IMG/VR virus record: IMGVR_UViG_3300031539_000014
Source of the DNA: a virus
Direction: 5' to 3' (one strand)
DNA length: 64,000 bases
A model generated the notes under the pieces. It was not told the origin of the DNA. It worked only from the letters and a program-made list of their open reading frames with translations, and did no database searches. Shown here piece by piece: positions 21,629 to 29,813 of the stretch. Made by a program: the position numbers and the translations under genes. The number at the start of each line of letters is the position of its first letter. The first letter of the stretch is position 1.

Positions 21629-21792
21629 TGATAAAATATGGAACTAAATTATATAGATGTACTCATTGCGGCCTGCAGACTACTATGCCGACCGAAGAAT
21701 TTGAAAAACAGGCTAGCACAGAGACTTGTGCCGATGGTGGAAATAAACACGAATTAAAAGAAGTTACCAATGAAGAAATTCAAGAAATTTGA
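21628..21792 (+). CDS. Small Zn-finger-like protein
   Basis: Translated by hand: MIKYGTKLYRCTHCG...C...H, 54 aa, overlaps portal stop. Confidence 0.55.
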   Translation: MIKYGTKLYRCTHCGLQTTMPTEEFEKQASTETCADGGNKHELKEVTNEEIQEI

Positions 21793-21943
21793 TTTAGACA
21801 ATCCTCAAGAAACTAGTGAATATGAAGATTTATTGAATAATCCAGATAGATACACTATTATAAAAGAAAATTTTACATGGGACAAATTAAAAAATAATAA
21901 ACCTTTCATAGCTGTTTGGTATGAAATATTAGACGAAATGTAA
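21770..21943 (+). CDS. Small hypothetical protein
   Basis: Translated by hand: MKKFKKFDLDNPQE...WYEILDEM, 57 aa, ends before terminator. Confidence 0.55.
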   Translation: MKKFKKFDLDNPQETSEYEDLLNNPDRYTIIKENFTWDKLKNNKPFIAVWYEILDEM

Positions 21944-21946
21944 AGT

Positions 21947-21975
21947 AAAAAGGGATGTTAGTTAACATCCCTTTT
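21947..21975. terminator. Bidirectional terminator at the +/- strand switch
   Basis: aaaagggatgtt...aacatccctttt. Confidence 0.8.
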
Positions 21976-22007
21976 ATTTTAATAGTTAGTGTGCACATTA
22001 CTTTATA

Positions 22008-22256
22008 TTAGAAGATCAATGTATTGAAGAATGTACTGTCTAGTGGATCAAATTTTTCAAGTTCACTAATTCGACTTTTGATGGATTTACTTACAATGTC
22101 TAGACTGTCCTCGTAATCTTTATCTAAGCTGTCTTTATAATCTTCTAAAAAATTTATTTGTATATTATTGTTAGAAGGTGTAGACGTATTAATAGTTAGA
22201 ATACAAGACATAATAATTAGCAAAACTATAATGCTTATTAATAATGTTTTTTCCAT
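22008..22256 (-). CDS. Hypothetical membrane protein
   Basis: 82 aa, GGAG RBS, N-terminal TM. Confidence 0.5.
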   Translation of the reverse strand: MEKTLLISIIVLLIIMSCILTINTSTPSNNNIQINFLEDYKDSLDKDYEDSLDIVSKSIKSRISELEKFDPLDSTFFNTLIF

Positions 22257-22267
22257 ATTTTACTCTC

Positions 22268-22633
22268 CTACAATAATGATCTATTTACAGCTTCTACAAT
22301 ACTCTGGGGAGTTGGATAATTATCGCTCCACATTTGATATTCTATATCATAGGGGCCATCGTCTATTTCTATGTTATGGCTGTCTAATATTCTGACATTT
22401 ATTTTCATCATTCGTCCAAACACATAATCCGCGTAGAAAACATTCGATGGTGCGTGTCTTATATTACCAATATAGTCGCCAGAATTTTTAATATTATCCC
22501 AGACCTCGTCTTCAGTGGCGTTAGGCCGGTCTTTTAAAATTCCCATTCCAAAAGGTTTACCACAGGCTTGCCATAATAACCAAAAAAGTCTTTTACAAAA
22601 AATTTCTGGATTGTGTAAAATTTTTACTTTCAT
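22268..22633 (-). CDS. Hypothetical protein
   Basis: 121 aa, AAGGAG RBS; YADYVFGRMMK motif. Confidence 0.65.
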   Translation of the reverse strand: MKVKILHNPEIFCKRLFWLLWQACGKPFGMGILKDRPNATEDEVWDNIKNSGDYIGNIRHAPSNVFYADYVFGRMMKINVRILDSHNIEIDDGPYDIEYQMWSDNYPTPQSIVEAVNRSLL

Positions 22634-22661
22634 TTTTTACTCCTTCAATAATGAAATATGG

Positions 22662-22790
22662 AAAAGACGGCCATTAAATTGGCCGCCTTTCTTCTTAACA
22701 GAGGCAGGGGCCGACGGAACAGAATATCTGGAAGCCTGCATTTGACACGCTTAAAATCACTGCCAACTGTTAGTAGGGTGAGTTGGTTTA
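22662..22790 (-). ncRNA. Candidate small RNA 1
   Basis: Promoter motif at 22796-22809, terminator at 22662-22690, internal hairpins, no RBS-led ORF. Confidence 0.4.
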
Positions 22791-22795
22791 TAATA

Positions 22796-22809
22796 TCTTA
22801 TACCATTTT
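22796..22809 (-). promoter_or_regulatory. Conserved promoter-like motif AAAATGGTATAAGA
   Basis: Identical copy at 23206-23219; variants at 23397, 32334, 38603, 12303. Confidence 0.6.
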
Positions 22810-22817
22810 TATACGCG

Positions 22818-23000
22818 CTAATTTAATGTTTTATAGGTTATCAATAGAATCAAATCAGATCTGGTTTGTTTTAACACCAGATCTTCATGAGGCGCGGGAA
22901 CTAATTGTGCGGAAAGTATTTCTATACCTTTCTTGCTCCAACTATTGACTTTACCCTCTAAGTCTTCCACGGTCATACCACTGAAAAGTTTAATTTTCAT
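22818..23000 (-). CDS. Hypothetical protein
   Basis: 60 aa, coupled to upstream ORF. Confidence 0.55.
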   Translation of the reverse strand: MKIKLFSGMTVEDLEGKVNSWSKKGIEILSAQLVPAPHEDLVLKQTRSDLILLITYKTLN

Positions 23001-23187
23001 TTGTTATTAACCCCCTATTGTCTGCTTCAGAAAACACGGCTTGAGCCCAGTTATCCATAGTAGGACAACCGTATGGCCCTGGGTCATCCCAGGAATGGCC
23101 AGGAAAATAAGGAAAGTTATTCAAAGCCTTAGCCACAGCTAATAATTCTTCATTATCCATAGAATCTAATTTTTCTCTAAGAACCAT
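22990..23187 (-). CDS. Hypothetical protein
   Basis: 65 aa, AAGGAG RBS, promoter motif at 23206. Confidence 0.6.
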   Translation of the reverse strand: MVLREKLDSMDNEELLAVAKALNNFPYFPGHSWDDPGPYGCPTMDNWAQAVFSEADNRGLITNEN

Positions 23188-23224
23188 TGTTGCTCCTTTC
23201 TATCTTCTTATACCATTTTAAAGT

Positions 23225-23391
23225 AAAAAAAGGCCATCGTTAGATGACCTTTTCTTCATAATGTCCCGCATCTTTACATCGAAGATTGGATTGTCTGTAT
23301 TCAGAAATCTGCCTCGTCCCAACTCTCCGGGCGTAATAAATCAAACAGGACCTCAGTTGAAAGTTATCAACTGGGAATTGTAAACTCCATA
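23225..23391 (-). ncRNA. Candidate small RNA 2
   Basis: Promoter variant at 23397-23410, terminator at 23225-23253, hairpin cagttga/tcaactg. Confidence 0.4.
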
Positions 23392-23393
23392 TA

Positions 23394-23756
23394 TTATCTT
23401 GTACCATTTTTTTGTTTCTTTATTTTTTTGCCATCAATAAATTGAGCCACCTCATGGTCATCTGATGTTCCATATGTAAATCTATAACAAGTAATAATTA
23501 AATGAGGCAACATTGGCGGATTATGCATTATACGGGTGACTAAATAATACCTGGAATCAGTTATATGTTTGTTAAGGTATATTTCACAATCATTCTTAAG
23601 AATATTAATTATAGATGGGTCCACATATGTATGTTTTTTGATAATGTCTTCCCATTTTATTTGTACTTTGTAAATTGCTTTAGTTAATCCTTTCGGAGTT
23701 TCTCTATTACTTTCAAACTCTATTTCATGTTTTAAATATTTCCATTTGTGTTTCAT
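23394..23756 (-). CDS. Hypothetical protein
   Basis: 120-aa ORF. Confidence 0.5.
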   Translation of the reverse strand: MKHKWKYLKHEIEFESNRETPKGLTKAIYKVQIKWEDIIKKHTYVDPSIINILKNDCEIYLNKHITDSRYYLVTRIMHNPPMLPHLIITCYRFTYGTSDDHEVAQFIDGKKIKKQKNGTR

Positions 23757-23758
23757 TA

Positions 23759-25168
23759 TTACTCCGAATTGTCAGAGATGTTAAAGTCAAATAAATTACT
23801 GCTGACGGGCATTTTGGAGATAGCATCCTCATCAACTTTAAAAAACTGTGGTAGAAATCTTTTAAACTCGTTCATAAGAAATTCTCGTTTATCGCTCCAT
23901 AATAAATCTTTATTAACTTTCGCTATAGCATCATAATCTATTACTTTCTTACGGCCATTATCTACCCATTCTTTATATTTAGTCTCTATAGCGTCTACAA
24001 ATCTTGGTACTGAAACTAAAGGCCGTAAGTGACCGCTGTCTAACCCCATATTAAAATGGCCTATATTTTTTACTAATATCGAGTTAGTGCCTTCCAATAC
24101 TTCCGGAATAGCAGAATTATTTGGAGCTATACTAGAGGTGCCACAGGCCGCGGCCTCAGATAAACTCAGACCCCAGCCTTCACCGATTGCTGTAGTAACA
24201 TTAATATCCGCAGCATTATAAAATTCACACAACTCTTTTTCAGTAAAAGGATTGCCAATAATATTTCTATTAGCAATTAAATTGAGTGCTTTTGTATTAA
24301 AATCTCTATCAGAATATCCCGCATTTATAGCGTGAGCTTGCAATGAATTTGCTGACCCTGGGCCCATAGTCCGCTCACTTGTATTGCTGTGTAAATATAG
24401 TGCAACGTCGTTTTTTGGCAAAACAGTGTCCACTACCTTAGTCATGTCACAGCCGCTCAAATCACAATATTTTTTATGTAATAAATAGTAATTTCCACAT
24501 TTACATTTTTTATACCCGTGCGTCACCAATGAGAAAGCTCGCAAGGTAAGAGGAATTATTTTTCTAGGTTGAAACCTATTGACATTAATAGCTACAAACT
24601 TATCCTTCCAGCCCATTTTTTGTTTAATTTCTCTTCTCTCTTGTTTAGATAAGAGTTTAAACACCTCAACATCAACGCCGTGATGTAAAATTTTAATTTC
24701 TAATTTATTTATCAGTTCGGGAAATCGCTCATAAATGGTATTTACGGCGAATTGAGAATAAGTTATGTTTTGACTTACCACCCCTGGTTGAAACGGTAAG
24801 TTCCAAACAGGATTAAAAGGTGTGCCATCAACGGGAAAATAGGTAATTATAGGTTTATTGGGACAAATCTTTTTAACAGTAGGAATAACTTGTTGAATAT
24901 GGAAAATGTCCTGGAAAAGAAAAATAATGTCGGGGTTGACATCTTCTAGAGTTTGTTCTATTCTTTTCAATCCTAAAGGGTCTGTTGGATCAGTGGAATA
25001 AATAAAATATTTGGTAGCATCATACCTATGTCTACCAAATTCATTTATTCCTAATATTGATACGTCGAACTCTTTATGTGCTTCTTTTAATAAGTTTTCA
25101 GCCACGATTCCAAACCCCGTTTTTACTGTGGGTGAATCTGAGTATACAAAAATTTTAGGTTTAGTCAT
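23759..25168 (-). CDS. Glycosyltransferase family 4 (GT-B) with Cys-rich insertion
   Basis: DSPTVKTGFG, NVNRFQPRK, EGWGLSLSEAAACG motifs; CKCG...C...C insert. Confidence 0.85.
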   Translation of the reverse strand: MTKPKIFVYSDSPTVKTGFGIVAENLLKEAHKEFDVSILGINEFGRHRYDATKYFIYSTDPTDPLGLKRIEQTLEDVNPDIIFLFQDIFHIQQVIPTVKKICPNKPIITYFPVDGTPFNPVWNLPFQPGVVSQNITYSQFAVNTIYERFPELINKLEIKILHHGVDVEVFKLLSKQERREIKQKMGWKDKFVAINVNRFQPRKIIPLTLRAFSLVTHGYKKCKCGNYYLLHKKYCDLSGCDMTKVVDTVLPKNDVALYLHSNTSERTMGPGSANSLQAHAINAGYSDRDFNTKALNLIANRNIIGNPFTEKELCEFYNAADINVTTAIGEGWGLSLSEAAACGTSSIAPNNSAIPEVLEGTNSILVKNIGHFNMGLDSGHLRPLVSVPRFVDAIETKYKEWVDNGRKKVIDYDAIAKVNKDLLWSDKREFLMNEFKRFLPQFFKVDEDAISKMPVSSNLFDFNISDNSE

Positions 25169-25239
25169 TATCTTAATTGATTTAAGTGTTTTTTTTAATA
25201 TACATAATTATAGACATAGTGTCAAGCTAAAAAAAGGAC

Positions 25240-25524
25240 CTAAGTCCTTTTTATCATTAGTGTTATCCGAAAATATATTTCAGATATTACATCTATTACA
25301 AAACAGTATAGTGCTCCTAAAAATCCTGCCAATGGGTTCCAATATAAAATAGCCATAATTAGACCATAATAACACATTAACATAATGTTTTTATTTTTGG
25401 AATATCCTAGAGCTATTATTAATTCAGTTAATACTAAACTAAATAGTCCCCAGCCATACCCTATAGAGGCAGTTATAACTATTGCTATGAATAATTGAGT
25501 AAATAAAAATTTATTTTTCAGCAT
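25240..25524 (-). CDS. Hypothetical membrane protein
   Basis: 94 aa, several TM segments. Confidence 0.5.
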   Translation of the reverse strand: MLKNKFLFTQLFIAIVITASIGYGWGLFSLVLTELIIALGYSKNKNIMLMCYYGLIMAILYWNPLAGFLGALYCFVIDVISEIYFRITLMIKRT

Positions 25525-25562
25525 ATTGTTTTACTGGACGGACAGCTTTAGCTGTCCTTATT

Positions 25563-25754
25563 TTAAATTTGATCCGCCACCGCGTTTTGATAAGTTTTTA
25601 AATCTATTGCCATAATGTCCCACCATCGAGCTCCTCTAATTTTGTGCACAATATCCATTGCCCCAACAATACTGTCTGCTCTTATATAGATTACTCTTTC
25701 TTTTATTAACTTATTTTTTATATTATAGATATCTAGTGCCGCACGATAATGCAA
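25563..25754 (-). CDS. Hypothetical protein
   Basis: 63 aa, GGAGGA RBS. Confidence 0.5.
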   Translation of the reverse strand: MHYRAALDIYNIKNKLIKERVIYIRADSIVGAMDIVHKIRGARWWDIMAIDLKTYQNAVADQI

Positions 25755-26067
25755 ATTTACTGTTCCTCCACATTAGGACTTTCTGTCTCGTTTTCGTGGC
25801 CACCGCTTTCTTCTTTGTCTGTTTGAAGAGCTTCTACCAATTGGTCAACACCATAATTTAACATAGCTTTAACAGCCTCGCCTAATTTTGGGAGAACGTC
25901 TTCTTTAAAAATTTCTTTGGTCATTTCTTTTGATTATTATTACCTCTGTCTGTAATTATTTTTACGATGGTTACTATAAAAGTCGATACTCCAATTACCA
26001 CCGATTTTCGCGCCGCCTCAATCAATGAGTCGTACGCTGGATTTGTTACCATACTTTGGGAATTTGG

Positions 26068-26550
26068 TTAGAGTTGTTCTTCGTATGGCTTGCAATGTAA
26101 AATATAGAATTCGTTACAATGTTCCACAAATTCCCTTAACATGTTGTCGAGTTGTTGCATGTTCACAACTATTTTTTCAATTATCACGTCTTGATCTTTT
26201 ACAGTTATATACTCACAGCCAGATTGTAATTCATAAGGCGATCCATCATATTTCGTTAGTTCTTGATACAAAGCCAAACGAAAACCTCTCTCAGCATAAT
26301 TAGAAATTGAAAACTGCATACAAGATAAAACATTCAAGATTTTTTCATTTTCAGGATTTATCCAATTAACTCTGATTATTGTTTCAGTGTCTTTTATTGA
26401 GTCTATTTCTTCTATTAATGCAATCGGTAAAGGTAACCTAAGTTCTAGAATAGTGTTGGCTCTTACGTATTTTATTTGTTCCTCTATTTCACTTTTGAAA
26501 GTTGTTCTAGAAAGAATTTTCCTCTCTGTGGGTGCAGTCTGCGTATCCAT
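26068..26550 (-). CDS. Uncharacterised RT-coupled partner protein
   Basis: 160 aa; ATG 67 nt inside the RT 3' end with GAGGA RBS. Confidence 0.65.
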   Translation of the reverse strand: MDTQTAPTERKILSRTTFKSEIEEQIKYVRANTILELRLPLPIALIEEIDSIKDTETIIRVNWINPENEKILNVLSCMQFSISNYAERGFRLALYQELTKYDGSPYELQSGCEYITVKDQDVIIEKIVVNMQQLDNMLREFVEHCNEFYILHCKPYEEQL

Positions 26551-27383
26551 TCTATTTGTCCTCTTAATTTTTGATATTCATTTATATTTAAGCTATGACC
26601 AGACTTTATAAAATTATGCAGTTTGGCTCGGAGATTTCTATAAGTAGTTTTGTTTATATTTATTTTTTTGTTCACCACTATGCCCGTAACCACCATTCGC
26701 CTAGATTGTTTTTTTATTTTTGTTTTTTTTGAATTTAATCTGAATCCAAAACCTTTAGCTGTGCCGGCTACAGTTCGTATTACTTCTCCGATTGCCATAA
26801 TTTTATTACTAGAAATACTAATATCGTCGGCATATCTACTGATAATACATTTTTGTTTTATTTGTAACTGATTTAAAGATTTATCTAGTCCATGACACAC
26901 AATATTACTAATGATCGGCGAGGTTGGTGCGCCTTGTGGTACTCTTCCTTTATATGTTAATATTTCTGAAAGAAAACCTATTTCTTCATCTTCATTTTTA
27001 AATTTAATTACTTGTTGTTTATTTAATATTCTTTTTAAATTATCGGCAACAACTTGTTGGGTTATACTATTAAAAAAATTTTTTAAATCAACACTAACTA
27101 TAATTTTTGCCCCAACATGTTGACGTGCGTTAGTTATCGGGCTTCTATTTTTGACAAATCCGTGAGCGATAGGATGTGAAGAAAATTTATACAAAATATT
27201 ATATAAAATAGAATTTTGTAAAGATTTTAATTTACCGAACGGTGCGTCAATATAACGAGGGCTGCCTGAACGTTTTTTGATAGGATAAGAAGTGTAATAT
27301 GAGCTTTTATTATTTATAATATCTTCTATTTCTTCTTTAGTAGTATTTAATATCTCATAAATAGTTAATAATTTAGTTGTCAT
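26484..27383 (-). CDS. Retron-type reverse transcriptase
   Basis: NARQH (region X NAxxH), VDLKNFF, PQGAPTSP, RYADD, VVTGIVVN (region Y VTG); 299 aa, no extra domain. Confidence 0.92.
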   Translation of the reverse strand: MTTKLLTIYEILNTTKEEIEDIINNKSSYYTSYPIKKRSGSPRYIDAPFGKLKSLQNSILYNILYKFSSHPIAHGFVKNRSPITNARQHVGAKIIVSVDLKNFFNSITQQVVADNLKRILNKQQVIKFKNEDEEIGFLSEILTYKGRVPQGAPTSPIISNIVCHGLDKSLNQLQIKQKCIISRYADDISISSNKIMAIGEVIRTVAGTAKGFGFRLNSKKTKIKKQSRRMVVTGIVVNKKININKTTYRNLRAKLHNFIKSGHSLNINEYQKLRGQIEWIRRLHPQRGKFFLEQLSKVK

Positions 27384-27388
27384 ATTAA

Positions 27389-27498
27389 TTAATTGTACTC
27401 CTGCTGGAAGCAGGCCCTAGTGATAAATTAGCCTGTGCAGCGTTTGAGTGAACTTAAAATTTTATAATGGCGAATCACCATTAAAATACTACAATTAA
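27389..27498 (-). ncRNA. Retron msr-msd-like unit L3
   Basis: a1 27490-27498 / a2 27389-27397 (9-bp perfect); unpaired G 27489 opposite G 27398; hairpin UAAUGG-UGAUUCG-CCAUUA. Confidence 0.7.
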
Positions 27499-27507
27499 AA
27501 ATTTTTT

Positions 27508-27664
27508 CTTGTTACACTGACGAACATGTTTACTTTTAGAGATAAATAACGCAGTTATTCATCTCGTAAAGTTAACATTTTCGTATTGATATTTGCTAAT
27601 ATCAAAAATTTAAAACAAAGACGAATCATCTTTGTGTAATTGTGTTACATAAATCTGTAACAAG
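27508..27664 (-). ncRNA. Retron msr-msd-like unit L2
   Basis: a1 27656-27664 / a2 27508-27516 (9-bp perfect); G 27655 opposite G 27517; SL1, then ACAAAGA-UGAUUCG-UCUUUGU; long msd-like hairpin 27527-27577. Confidence 0.8.
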
Positions 27665-27844
27665 TTTTTCATAAAAATACCTTGCTTCATTATAAAGCAA
27701 GGCTTGATACCGATTAAAAAAGCATTAATTAATTTAGCACATCATTTTGCATTAAAGATCTATAAGGTTTAAACCTTATTTCATTCTTGTTTTAGTAACA
27801 AGCCTGGTTACTTGTGTACCCGCGACCCCGGCAGCGTCGGGTCC

Positions 27845-28038
27845 CTTCAGCAATCGACGATAACACCAATCTTTCGAACGCAGAATGACGTGAGAAAGGA
27901 CAAATGCGAATGCATTTGCATTGGTGTTAAGTAAGATTGCTGTGCCATGATCATAATTGATTATGGCTATAGGTGGTACCATAGTATATTCAATTTGACG
28001 AAGCATCAAATATATTCGTCCCGCCCTCATTTCTGAAG
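27845..28038 (-). ncRNA. Retron msr-msd-like unit L1
   Basis: a1 28029-28038 / a2 27845-27854 (9 of 10 bp); G 28028 opposite G 27855; AUUUGA-UGCUUCG-UCAAAU; branched hairpin closed by aacaccaat/attggtgtt. Confidence 0.7.
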
Positions 28039-28061
28039 TCGTCGAAATTTACGCTGCTAAA

Positions 28062-28229
28062 AAATTATTGTCTTTAATAATCGGAGGTGGTGACCTAAAA
28101 TTCCCCTATACATTCTAATTCTTCAGAACATCCTAATCTTATGGGAAATAAATTGTTCTGTTAATAAATTATAATTGGAAGTAATTGCAAGACGTTTCAT
28201 CTAACTATTGCATGGTTGCAAAATAATTT
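28062..28229 (-). ncRNA. Retron msr-msd-like unit L0 (weakest)
   Basis: a1 28220-28229 / a2 28062-28071 (9 of 10 bp, all A/T); G 28219 opposite G 28072; AGA-UGAAACG-UCU; cagaaca/tgttctg hairpin. Confidence 0.45.
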
Positions 28230-28253
28230 ATAGATGGAATATTTTTGTTGCCA

Positions 28254-29813
28254 TTAAATTGAATCAAAAATGCCTAAAGCTATTGTATCTTGTTGATCTC
28301 CCCTAATATCTGACAATTTGAGTATTTGATCAGAAAATTCATCCAGAGTTTTTGAGAAAAAACTCCAACCGCCCTCTATTAAAACGCTATAAATAGACAC
28401 TTTATTGCTTTTCTTCCATTCCTTATATTTTACTAACCAGGAATCACGTACTGCTGCTTCACCATCAGTAATAAACACTATGTCAGCTTTAGAGTAATTA
28501 GTTTCTGTATCAATAACGTCCTTAGCTTTATTCAGTGGTGGCTCAAATTCAGTTCCACCTCCTTCAAAATATTCCGCCATAGCCAGAATTTCTTCTATAC
28601 TGGGCGGTTTATTTTTTAAGAATTCATGAACTTTTAGGTTTTGTGAGCCATATCCTGAAGAAAAATGAATTACGAAAAAATTTCTTTTTTGAGACATAGC
28701 TACTTCTAGTAAAGCTAGGGCTACGGCTTTACTCCAAATTTCAGGATCTCCACTCATTGAGCCTGAATTATCAATACAACATACGATGGCTCCTTTAGAT
28801 TTTTTCGCTTTGCCTCTTAGATCATATTGTAAACATTTATTTTCTACCAGGTCTACCATAAATTCAAGTCTACGGTTTGGGTCATTCAGCTTAGTTATTT
28901 CAGATGGAAGCAGTTTGGATAAATCGCTGCCACGTTGAATAGAAAATATTTCGTCTATTCCTTTTTTTATTTTTTCTTTTTGTTGTTGTAGTGCCATTCT
29001 TTTAAAACGACCTGCTAACTTAGCTATGGCTTTTAATTTACTAGAACTACGTAATCTTTTAACTAGTTCCATTTTCTCATGATAAGGTTTACTCTCATAA
29101 CTTCCGGAAGCTCCTAATCCCCAAGCTTCCAAAAATTCAGATTCCTCTCTTACAAAATCAGCTGTTTTTGAAATAGCCGAGGATATCATTCCTTGAACTT
29201 TCTGTTCCCTCATAGATTCTTTAAAAGTCTGATGGAACTCTTCCACTTTTTTCTTTGCTTCTTCAAGAGTAGTTTTTTGTTTTGCTATAGCACTGCCAGT
29301 ATTTTTACTATCTTTATCTTCTTTGCCGTCCATAGCGTCAATCATGTCTTGTAATTTTTGCTCTTCTTCGGCTTGTTGTTGTTGGGCGTCTAATAATTTT
29401 TGAAGCTCTTCTTTTTGCTTTTTTAATTCTTTAATAATTTCCAAAGCTTTTTCGGCAAGAGCTTCCGTAGCTATTGTTGAGAGAACTTTATCACCAACGG
29501 TAAAAACTCTGACTTCTTTGTGTTTAGAAAGCGCTTGGATTTGATTCATAAATTCTTTATTTAATAAAGATTCCCCAGCTATTTGCCAGTCGTCTAGTAA
29601 ATGGGGACGTAGTCGCGCAACTGAAGAATAAATATCTTGTGTTAATTTAAGAAAAGGCTTATATTCTTTTTTTCCTGTATTTTCTAAATCTAGTAGAGGG
29701 TGTGAATTTTGTTTTACATCATTATAATCATTTACATCGAAATCGTCACAAAATATACTATACTCAGATTGTGCAATTTCATCGAAAATTGATTTCTTAT
29801 TTAATTTTTTCAT
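28254..29813 (-). CDS. vWA-domain protein (ViaA/CoxE-like)
   Basis: CIDNSGSMSG MIDAS, FEGGGTEF, IVFITDG; GSDLSKLLPSE motif. Confidence 0.88.
   Translation of the reverse strand: MKKLNKKSIFDEIAQSEYSIFCDDFDVNDYNDVKQNSHPLLDLENTGKKEYKPFLKLTQDIYSSVARLRPHLLDDWQIAGESLLNKEFMNQIQALSKHKEVRVFTVGDKVLSTIATEALAEKALEIIKELKKQKEELQKLLDAQQQQAEEEQKLQDMIDAMDGKEDKDSKNTGSAIAKQKTTLEEAKKKVEEFHQTFKESMREQKVQGMISSAISKTADFVREESEFLEAWGLGASGSYESKPYHEKMELVKRLRSSSKLKAIAKLAGRFKRMALQQQKEKIKKGIDEIFSIQRGSDLSKLLPSEITKLNDPNRRLEFMVDLVENKCLQYDLRGKAKKSKGAIVCCIDNSGSMSGDPEIWSKAVALALLEVAMSQKRNFFVIHFSSGYGSQNLKVHEFLKNKPPSIEEILAMAEYFEGGGTEFEPPLNKAKDVIDTETNYSKADIVFITDGEAAVRDSWLVKYKEWKKSNKVSIYSVLIEGGWSFFSKTLDEFSDQILKLSDIRGDQQDTIALGIFDSI

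Noticed and set aside
26484-27383. DGR or group II intron RT
   Set aside because: Retron NAxxH/VTG signatures present; no maturase or endonuclease domain, no TR/VR pair or intron domain V found
27776-28030. 84-aa ORF inside the RT leader
   Set aside because: No clear RBS; it runs through dense RNA stems and its ATG G is the predicted branching G of L1. Treated as a shadow ORF, though translation cannot be excluded
27384-28253. CRISPR array or direct-repeat array
   Set aside because: No direct repeat longer than about 8 nt at regular spacing; conservation is structural. No cas genes in the window
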